A stretch of DNA of 64,000 nt from Dehalococcoidia bacterium (GTDB taxonomy: Bacteria; Chloroflexota; Dehalococcoidia; SM23-28-2; RBG-16-64-32), in NCBI GenBank assembly GCA_963665775.2, contig CAXXTF010000002.1, positions 832,001 to 896,000 on the forward strand, given 5' to 3'. The translations under genes were made by a program, and so were the position numbers. Below are positions 57,066 to 64,000 of this stretch, one piece after another (position 1 is the stretch's first letter; each line of letters opens with the position of its first letter). Under the pieces are notes generated by a model, which was not told the DNA's origin, did no database searches, and worked only from the letters and a program-made list of their open reading frames with translations.

Positions 57066-59060
57066 TCAGACCCGCAGCCCGATCTTCAGGCCGTCCAGGC
57101 TGGAGGCCAACAGCCTGCGGGGAGACACGGACTCGCCGATGTTGTAGATCTCCTTCACCTGACCGCGGAGCGCCTTCCACAGGGCATCGTTACTCCGGCT
57201 GCCGGCGGAAATGACCAATGTCTCCACACCTTCTAGCGGCCGCTCCGGCCCGTTAGGGGGACTAAAGGCGTAAATGACGCCCTCACGAACGGCCTTGACC
57301 GCGGTCATGATGCTCAGCTTGACGTCCTTACGGGCCAGGCGATCCATGATCACCCACTTGGTCACCAGCCACTCCAGCCGGGCGCCGACATTAGGATAGG
57401 GGATCAGGACCTCCACCTCTTTGCCCCGCTCGGCCAGGAAGTCGGCGGTCGTCAGCCCCTCCATCCCCTGGTCCGTAGCGAACACCGCGACCTTACCCCC
57501 CGTCACCTCGGCGGTGCCGTCCAGCACATCCCAGGCCAGCACCACGTTCACCCCCTCGGCCTTGCCGTACTCATCGATACCGTCAACCGCCAGGAGCGCC
57601 GGCAGGCCGCCCGTGGCCACGATTACGGCGTCCGGCTTCTCCCGGCGCACCAGCTTCTCGTCCACGGCGACCCCCACGTGCACCGGCACCGCCAGCAGGT
57701 CGAACTGCTTAGTGTAGTAACGCACCGGCTCCGCCATCTCGGCACGGCCGGGAGCCTTGGCCGCTATCTGGAGCTGGCCACCCATCTGCGACTCCCTCTC
57801 GTACAGGGTCACTTGGTGGCCTCGCAGGGCCGCTACCCGGGCCGCCTCCATGCCGGCGATCCCGCCACCGATGACCATCACCCGTTTGCTGACGGAAGCC
57901 GGCGTGATCTGGGTCTCCGCCTCTCGCCCCACCGAAGCGTTGATGGCGCAGGTGAGGCCGCTGCCGCCATGGTTCAGACAGCCCTCATTGCAGGCGATGC
58001 AGTAGCGGATCTCGTCCAGGCGGCCTTCGCGGGCCTTGTTCGGAAGCTCTGGATCGCAGAGGTTGGCGCGGGTCATCCCGACGAGATCGGCCTCGTTGCG
58101 CTCCAGGATCGCTTCCGCCAGGACGGGGGTATTGATACGGCCAACGCAGATGACCGGCAGCTCCGTGACCTGCTTGATACCGGCCGCCAGGTATACGAAC
58201 GCCCCCGGCGGCACGTACATGGGAGGGATGACCGGCCCGCTCATCCCGAAGCTTGCGTTGCCGCCCAACCCCCAGTTCACGCTCACGTAGTCCAACTGGC
58301 CGGAGGCGGCCAGCGCGCCGACGATGCGCTGCATGTCCTCCTGGTTCAGGCCATCCTCCTCGTACTCGTCACCGTTGACGCGGATGCCCACGGTGAAGTC
58401 GCGGCCCACGGCCTTGCGGACCGCCGCTATCACCTCGTGGGCGAAGCGGAGGCGGTTCTCTTCGCTGCCGCCGTACTCGTCCTCTCGCTGGTTGAAGAGG
58501 GGCGACATGAACGTCTCGATCAGGTAGTCCTGGCCGCAGTGAACCTCCACGCCGTCCAGACCGGCCTCGCGCATGCGACGGGCGGCCGAAGCGAAAGCCT
58601 CGATAACCAACTGGATCTCGTCCACCGTCATCTCCCGGGGCGTTCCCATGTGCATCTTGCTCACGATGGGCGAGGCCGACCAGACTGGGTCCAAGGTGGG
58701 GGCACCGTAATTGGCCCGGCCCGCATGGTTTATCTGCACAACGATACGGGCGTCGTGCTGGTGAATGGCATCCGCGATCCGCCTAAATGGCTCGATGCAC
58801 TCGTCCCTCCAGAGCTGGATGGCAGCAGGCGACCTCCCGGCTGAAGGATGCACGACCGACGCCCCCGTGACGATGAGACCGATGCCTCCTTTAGCTTTGG
58901 AAGCCCAGTAATCCAGGTGCCGCTGTGTGGGCAGGCCTCCAATGCCGTAACCGGTGCCGTGGGCCGTGCTCACTATGCGGTTGCGCACGGTGAACGAGCC
59001 CACACGCAAGGGCGTGAACAGGTGCTTAAACTGCGCGGCGGCCTCTGTCTGTGTAGCCAT
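57066..59060 (-). CDS. OYE/FadH-type NADH:flavin oxidoreductase with 4Fe-4S and FAD domains
   Basis: RNRIV.TAH, QINHAG, AGLDGVEVH, FMSP..NQREDEYGGS..NR, CIACNEGC..C, VIGGGIAGMEAA. Confidence 0.93.
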   Translation of the reverse strand: MATQTEAAAQFKHLFTPLRVGSFTVRNRIVSTAHGTGYGIGGLPTQRHLDYWASKAKGGIGLIVTGASVVHPSAGRSPAAIQLWRDECIEPFRRIADAIHQHDARIVVQINHAGRANYGAPTLDPVWSASPIVSKMHMGTPREMTVDEIQLVIEAFASAARRMREAGLDGVEVHCGQDYLIETFMSPLFNQREDEYGGSEENRLRFAHEVIAAVRKAVGRDFTVGIRVNGDEYEEDGLNQEDMQRIVGALAASGQLDYVSVNWGLGGNASFGMSGPVIPPMYVPPGAFVYLAAGIKQVTELPVICVGRINTPVLAEAILERNEADLVGMTRANLCDPELPNKAREGRLDEIRYCIACNEGCLNHGGSGLTCAINASVGREAETQITPASVSKRVMVIGGGIAGMEAARVAALRGHQVTLYERESQMGGQLQIAAKAPGRAEMAEPVRYYTKQFDLLAVPVHVGVAVDEKLVRREKPDAVIVATGGLPALLAVDGIDEYGKAEGVNVVLAWDVLDGTAEVTGGKVAVFATDQGMEGLTTADFLAERGKEVEVLIPYPNVGARLEWLVTKWVIMDRLARKDVKLSIMTAVKAVREGVIYAFSPPNGPERPLEGVETLVISAGSRSNDALWKALRGQVKEIYNIGESVSPRRLLASSLDGLKIGLRV

Positions 59061-59165
59061 GAGTCACCATCCTTCCGCCAATTGAGGGGTGAGTGCGGGC
59101 GATCCTCAAGGGCAGGATGAGATACGAGAGCTAGATCGTCAAGAGGGGAAGGCCCTCTAGCTACA

Positions 59166-59182
59166 GTAGGGCTTTGCCCTAC
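59166..59182 (-). terminator. GC hairpin (terminator- or REP-like)
   Basis: GTAGGGC-ttt-GCCCTAC just after the DUF547 stop; no clear U-tract. Confidence 0.4.
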
Positions 59183-59187
59183 ACGGG

Positions 59188-60108
59188 TCACAGCCGGTTG
59201 AGAGACCAGTCGTAGCGCTGGTAAGAGAGGCTAAGCCCGCCACCGCGGGCCCGCAGGAACTCGCGGCCCGGGCCGTCGTCAAGGTGGCTCTCCACGAAGT
59301 CGAGTACCCCTCTCCGCCCTCCAAAGTCCCGCCGATACCAGCGGAAGATGGGCGACAGGCTCAGCCGCCCGGCTGGCACATCGACGACGGCGCCGCCGCT
59401 GTTGACGAAGTTGGCGGCCGCCACATCGAGCTGCTCGTGTATGCGGTCGGCATCGTAGACGGCGATGGGCGGGCAGGAGTGGGAGGCGCAGACCAGGGCG
59501 CAGTGTAGCCGGGGGTCAACTGACGCCAGCGAATGGGCGAGGCGAACGTCGCCCGGGGTGAACTGTGGGAACGGGATCAGGGGATGGAAGTGGCGTCGAT
59601 TGTCCCGCAGGATGCCGTGCTCGATATCGTCAGCAGAGTATCGTAAGCCCCCTATGACGTAGGCGGCCCGGCGGAAGAAGCCCATATCCTCGCGGATGTT
59701 ATCCTTGAGGTCGAAGGCGATGACGGCATCGATGATAAGGGCGTTGTACAGGTTGATCCAGAAGGCGAGCCGCTGCTCACTGGAGGAGAGCTTAGCCGGG
59801 TCGAAACTGATGAGGCCGGTCGTACAGGCGCGGTACTGCTGGTAGGTCTCGCTGCCCCGTAGACGCCCGTAGTCGACGCCGCCACCGGAGGGATCGAACG
59901 CTTCGGCCTTCATCATCTTGACCGCGGCGTAGAGCTCGCCAGCGATGTCGCCGCTGCCAGCCATCGCCTCGCGGCCGAGGTTCAGGGCCTGCGAGCGATC
60001 GACGCGCAGGATAAGATCGACGGTGCGCTGAAAAGCATGATTGGCCAGGGATTCCCCCCGGGCCAGCGGCCCCCGCTCCGGACCCTCCGCCTGCGTCTGC
60101 TGGCTCAC
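59188..60108 (-). CDS. DUF547-domain protein
   Basis: VDY..L, LAFWINLYNAL, DDIEHGILR, DPRLHCALVCASHSCP, LSPIFRWY..DF, YDWSLN. Confidence 0.9.
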   Translation of the reverse strand: MSQQTQAEGPERGPLARGESLANHAFQRTVDLILRVDRSQALNLGREAMAGSGDIAGELYAAVKMMKAEAFDPSGGGVDYGRLRGSETYQQYRACTTGLISFDPAKLSSSEQRLAFWINLYNALIIDAVIAFDLKDNIREDMGFFRRAAYVIGGLRYSADDIEHGILRDNRRHFHPLIPFPQFTPGDVRLAHSLASVDPRLHCALVCASHSCPPIAVYDADRIHEQLDVAAANFVNSGGAVVDVPAGRLSLSPIFRWYRRDFGGRRGVLDFVESHLDDGPGREFLRARGGGLSLSYQRYDWSLNRL

Positions 60109-60121
60109 CGTGTGCCCTCTC

Positions 60122-61012
60122 CTACGCCTTCTCCGCTACCAACAGGCAGTAGCCCAAGGCACCCTCCTGCACCATCGATCGGGCCTGCTTGGTCAAGTCC
60201 ATCGCTTCGGTAACCAGCTTGTCGGCTAGTAGAAGCGCCGCAGCAGCCTCGGCGTCGCCCCCCTTGCCCAGCTTGATCTGGCCCGCCTTGGCAGCAACGC
60301 GCAGGATAAACAGCTTCTTCCGCACCTCCGAGAGGGTTCCGGCCAGCGCCGGCGTCTGATCCTCCACCCGGGTCACCCTCAGGCCAGCGTCCTCCAGCAA
60401 CGCACCGTACTCCTCGGAGGGGCGGGCGTCGGCAACGCAAGCGATCCAACCGATCACGTCGCGAAAGCGGTCCACGGCAGCGTCCGCGGCGAGCGTCACG
60501 TCGCTGATGCCCAGGCGGCCGCCCGACCGGAGCACGCGCCGGAACTCAGCAGCGGCCCGAGGCTTGTCGGGGAGGAGGCAGAAGGAGCACTCGCAGACGA
60601 TCGCATCGAAGGTGTTATCGGCGAAGGGGATCGACTCGGCATCGCCCCGGGCGAACGACCGCTGCCCCTCGCCGGCAGCGCCACCCTGCAACGATAGCGG
60701 CAGCAGGGCACCGAGATCCAGCCCCACTGCCCGGCTGCCGAACGACTCCGAGAGCACCCTAAGGGTATCGCCTGGACCGGTCGCCACGTCCAGGACCAGG
60801 CTGGAGGACGAGAGGCCCAAGGCCTGACCCAGGTATCGGGTCAGGGCCTCGCCGCCGGGGTGATACGATTCGCCCAGCAGCCAGCGGACCGCCGGATGCT
60901 CGTACAGGTAGGCGCAGCAGGCCTTAAACGCGGCATCGTCCTGCGGCGCCGACTCGCCCAGCAGGAAGCGAGTCAGCAAGGAAGACGTCCCACTCTCGAC
61001 GGGGGTCGTCAT
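60122..61012 (-). CDS. Class I SAM methyltransferase with N-terminal CC (ArsM/UbiE-like)
   Basis: KACCAYLY..LLGESYHPGG, LDVATGPG, GDAESIPF, CECSFC, WIACVADA. Confidence 0.88.
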   Translation of the reverse strand: MTTPVESGTSSLLTRFLLGESAPQDDAAFKACCAYLYEHPAVRWLLGESYHPGGEALTRYLGQALGLSSSSLVLDVATGPGDTLRVLSESFGSRAVGLDLGALLPLSLQGGAAGEGQRSFARGDAESIPFADNTFDAIVCECSFCLLPDKPRAAAEFRRVLRSGGRLGISDVTLAADAAVDRFRDVIGWIACVADARPSEEYGALLEDAGLRVTRVEDQTPALAGTLSEVRKKLFILRVAAKAGQIKLGKGGDAEAAAALLLADKLVTEAMDLTKQARSMVQEGALGYCLLVAEKA

Positions 61013-61122
61013 CGCTCCGCCGCCTCGTACTCGGGACAGAGGCTGCGGGTCACCCCCAGTAGGATCTCGTTTCGCTGCTTCTGCCGGGCGGCCTGTCCAG
61101 CGGGCAGCGGGCTCATAGTCAC
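61009..61122 (-). pseudogene. 37-aa ORF, probable internally deleted radical SAM gene
   Basis: GGAGGTG RBS; MTMSPLPAGQAARQKQRNEILLGVTRSLCPEYEAAER; ATGA overlap with the methyltransferase. Confidence 0.6.
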
Positions 61123-61194
61123 GAAATCACCTCCATCTCTTGTGATGCGATAAGAGACCATCTTAAAGGATTTTAGCACAAGCCTCGGCCGCTC

Positions 61195-61827
61195 CTAGAC
61201 GAGATGCGTGGCCAGGTCGAACGATTCGCCCGCCGCGAGGGCAGCGGCGCTCGTGACGGGCTTCTCCAGACTCCTGAAGGCACCACCGTCGACGAGGAAG
61301 CGGGCGGCCTCGGCGGCGGTGGTGGCGCTGAAGTCGCTCGTCTGGGAGTCGCGCACGTCGTCAGCCTCGTACGTGGCGAGATAGAGAGCGCGACCCGCCA
61401 CCAGCGGCACCTCCTTCACCACTAGGGCGTTGTGGCGCACGACGGCGAGCCAGCCGCTGTCGCCTTGGAGCGGAACCGCCCCGGCGATTCGGGGTGTGTT
61501 CTGGTCATCCCTCTCATAGTCGAGGGCGAGCAGGACCAGCGCCAGCGCGTCGGGGGCGGGCAGGCCAGCAGCGATCTTCTCGGCGATGGGATCTGTGTGG
61601 CTGCCGTTAGCGACGATGGCCCACTCCCCGGCGAGCCGAACGGCGTTGTAGGCGATGTACGGGTTCCTGGCAACATCGGCCTCGAACCCCGGTCGCGGCA
61701 CCACTGTCACCGTCGCGTCTGACGCCACCGCCTGTCGGTTGGGGAACGAGCGGCTGGACACCCGATAGAGGGCGGCATTGGCGCCGTTTCCGGTCTTGCC
61801 AACCGCAACGATGCGCCCTACATACAA
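61195..61827 (-). CDS. purO: Archaeal-type IMP cyclohydrolase
   Basis: MYVGRIVAVG, YRVSSRSFPNR, NPYIAYN, NGSHTDPI, LDYE.D..NTPRIAG, ATYE. Confidence 0.88.
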   Translation of the reverse strand: MYVGRIVAVGKTGNGANAALYRVSSRSFPNRQAVASDATVTVVPRPGFEADVARNPYIAYNAVRLAGEWAIVANGSHTDPIAEKIAAGLPAPDALALVLLALDYERDDQNTPRIAGAVPLQGDSGWLAVVRHNALVVKEVPLVAGRALYLATYEADDVRDSQTSDFSATTAAEAARFLVDGGAFRSLEKPVTSAAALAAGESFDLATHLV

Positions 61828-61856
61828 GGTGACGTCCCCTCCAGCCGAATCACGGC

Positions 61857-62795
61857 CTAGCCATCAGGCCGGTCGTTTCCGCTCCCCGGCGCCAGATACG
61901 TGGCCAGCGCCTCCGACAAGGGGGTGACCGTGATCCCCAGCTTGCTCTGGACCGCCGCCGGGTCTGCCAGCGCGTCCTGCGTGATGAACTCGATGGCGTT
62001 CGGCGTGAGGGGAGGCCCCGGCATAAACTGGAGAAAGGTCGCCGCCAGCTTCATCACGCCCTTGGGAGCCGATAGCAAGAGCCGGCGCCGACCCGCCACC
62101 CGCAGCGCCGTGCGCACGATCTCGTTCATGCTCAGCACTTCCGGCCCGCCGATCTCCAGCAGCTGGTTCTCCACAGCCGGGTTGTCCACGGCCTCGGCGA
62201 CCGCGCGCCCCACATCGTCGACGAACACCGGCTGAAGCCTCTGCCGGTTGCCATCGCCGATCATCGGCACGAAGGGAAGGAAGCGAGACATCCCCAGGAA
62301 GCGGTTCAGCGCCACGTCCTCCGGCCCGAAGATCCAGGACGGCCGGAAGATGACGTAAGGGATGCCGCTCTCCCGTACGGCCGTCTCGGCCCGCCACTTG
62401 GCGCGAAACCAGTGGTACCCCGCGTCAGGCGCGGCACCGGCGCCGCTCAAGTAGATATAGCGCGTGACCCCTGCCTCCTTCGCGGCCAGGACCAGCCGCT
62501 CCGTGCCTGCCGCGTCGATCTCCTCGAAGGTGTGCCCGCGCCGCTTATTCTCCATCGGCGAGCCGGGGAACTGAGCACAGCCGATGATCACCTCCGCATC
62601 TCGCATCGCCGATTTCAGGCCCTCGGCGTCCCGTACATCCCCTTGCCTGAACTCGATATCCAGCCCGGAGAAGCGGCCCCGGGCCCGCCCGGCGTCGCGG
62701 GTGAGCACGGCCACTGCCTTGCCGCGACGGGCCAGCTCCCGCACGATGCCGCCGCCTACGAAACCCGTACCGCCAGCAACCAGGATCATGAGCAC
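61857..62795 (-). CDS. Atypical SDR / NDUFA9-like NAD(P)-binding protein
   Basis: GGTGFVG, FRPSWIFGPED, QPVFVDDV, GGPE; start probably ATG 62789. Confidence 0.9.
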   Translation of the reverse strand: MLMILVAGGTGFVGGGIVRELARRGKAVAVLTRDAGRARGRFSGLDIEFRQGDVRDAEGLKSAMRDAEVIIGCAQFPGSPMENKRRGHTFEEIDAAGTERLVLAAKEAGVTRYIYLSGAGAAPDAGYHWFRAKWRAETAVRESGIPYVIFRPSWIFGPEDVALNRFLGMSRFLPFVPMIGDGNRQRLQPVFVDDVGRAVAEAVDNPAVENQLLEIGGPEVLSMNEIVRTALRVAGRRRLLLSAPKGVMKLAATFLQFMPGPPLTPNAIEFITQDALADPAAVQSKLGITVTPLSEALATYLAPGSGNDRPDG

Positions 62796-63129
62796 ACCTT
62801 CCTATTGTTAACGACAGAACTCCGCATCTCCCGGACAAGAGACCCTGCGCCGTGCTCAGGCTGACAGTGCGGCCCGCGATCCTTCCGGCGGTCATCTCGA
62901 GCCCTTCGCCGTGTCATTCTAAGCGAAGCCAAGAATCTTAGTGCACACATGCATTACCGCCACCAAGCATCGGCGCACATGCGTCCCTTCGCTATCGCCT
63001 TCCATGATACGCCAGCTCCCCTGGAGACGCAGCCGCCAGAGCAACCGGCGCTGTCCCGCACCGCCACTCGTCGTAGTTGATACTACCTTCATTGAGGGGC
63101 ATTGTCCACCGCGATAGAATGATAGTGCG

Positions 63130-64000
63130 ATGGTTGCCTCATCCGCCAGACGATTCCAGAACCAGACCCGTGCCCTGCCCACCCGCCCAGGCGTCTACAT
63201 CTTCCGCGACGCCGGGGGCGAGGTTATCTACGTAGGGAAGGCCGCCTCCCTCAAGAACCGCGTGCGCTCCTACTTCGGCTCGCCTCACAGCTTCGAGCCC
63301 AAGACCCGTCGTCTCGTGGAGCAGATCGCGGACCTCGATTACATCGTCACGGGCACGGCGCAGGAGGCCCTCATCCTGGAGGCGACCCTCGTCAAGCGGC
63401 ACCAGCCCTACTTCAACGTTCGGCTCAAAGACGACAAGCATTACCCCTACCTTAAGATCGACCTCGCCGAGGCCTGGCCACGGCTGGAGATAACCCGTCG
63501 CGTCCTCGACGACGGCGCCCGCTACTTCGGCCCCTTCGCCTCGGCGGGCTCCGTGCGACGGACGCTGGACCTGGTCAAGAAGCTCTTCCCCTGGCGCTCC
63601 TGCACCAAGACGATCACCGGCACCGATCCCCGACCCTGCCTGGACTTCTACATCCAACGCTGCATCGGCCCCTGCGCCTCCCTCTGCTCCAGGGAGGAGT
63701 ACGACGCCGTCATCCAGCAGGTGACGATGTTTCTGGAGGGCCGCACGGAGGATGTCGTGCGGGAGCTGCGCAGGGAGATGCAGGAGGCGTCCGACGGCCT
63801 CCAGTTCGAGCGGGCGGCCCGCCTGCGCGACCAGGTCCAGGCGATCGAGCGAACCACCGAGCGGCAGGTGATGGAGGTGCGGGACCGAGTGGACATGGAC
63901 GTGTTCGGCCTAGCGCGGGAGCAGCAGGAGGCCTGCGTGCAGGTCTTCTTCGTGCGGCGCGGCAACGTCATCGGCCGCGACAACTTCGCTCTGGACGGCG
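63130..64000 (+). CDS. uvrC: Excinuclease ABC subunit C, 5' part (runs off the window)
   Basis: Own translation from ATG 63130: LPTRPGVYIF..VIYVGKAASLKNRVRSYF, EALILEATLVK..QPYFNVRLKDDKHYPY, YFGPF, CIGPC, FERAARLRD. Confidence 0.96.
   Translation, partial: MVASSARRFQNQTRALPTRPGVYIFRDAGGEVIYVGKAASLKNRVRSYFGSPHSFEPKTRRLVEQIADLDYIVTGTAQEALILEATLVKRHQPYFNVRLKDDKHYPYLKIDLAEAWPRLEITRRVLDDGARYFGPFASAGSVRRTLDLVKKLFPWRSCTKTITGTDPRPCLDFYIQRCIGPCASLCSREEYDAVIQQVTMFLEGRTEDVVRELRREMQEASDGLQFERAARLRDQVQAIERTTERQVMEVRDRVDMDVFGLAREQQEACVQVFFVRRGNVIGRDNFALDG

Overview
GC-rich bacterial chromosomal window of about 60 genes. Gene content (F420-type LLM oxidoreductase, PAC2 proteins, SCO1664, dockerin-like secreted protein, aa3 oxidase, Mo-hydroxylase) suggests an aerobic Chloroflexota/Dehalococcoidia-like organism; this is inference. 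Main blocks: a nurA-herA-mre11(sbcD)-rad50(sbcC) operon; a xanthine-dehydrogenase-family Mo-hydroxylase operon with MoaD; a nested IS1595/IS1380 site with lost flanks; a four-gene ABC exporter; a fused EtfA-EtfB; selA divergent from aminotransferase-globin-serA with convergent DUF1015; a cytochrome c oxidase operon headed by an ABM-TM-cupredoxin fusion; archaeal-type purO; and the 5' part of uvrC. Best leads: (1) a 47-aa Cys-rich ORF, not called separately in the ORF track, ending Cys-TGA and followed at 11 nt by a SECIS-like hairpin in a selA-bearing genome; (2) a stand-alone sensor-type globin translationally coupled inside the serine operon; (3) the ABM-cupredoxin fusion; (4) the four-gene archaeal-style end-resection operon. 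Several genes show decay by internal deletion, frameshift or IS truncation. No rRNA, canonical tRNA or CRISPR array was seen. All family assignments come from motif recognition by eye, not database searches.
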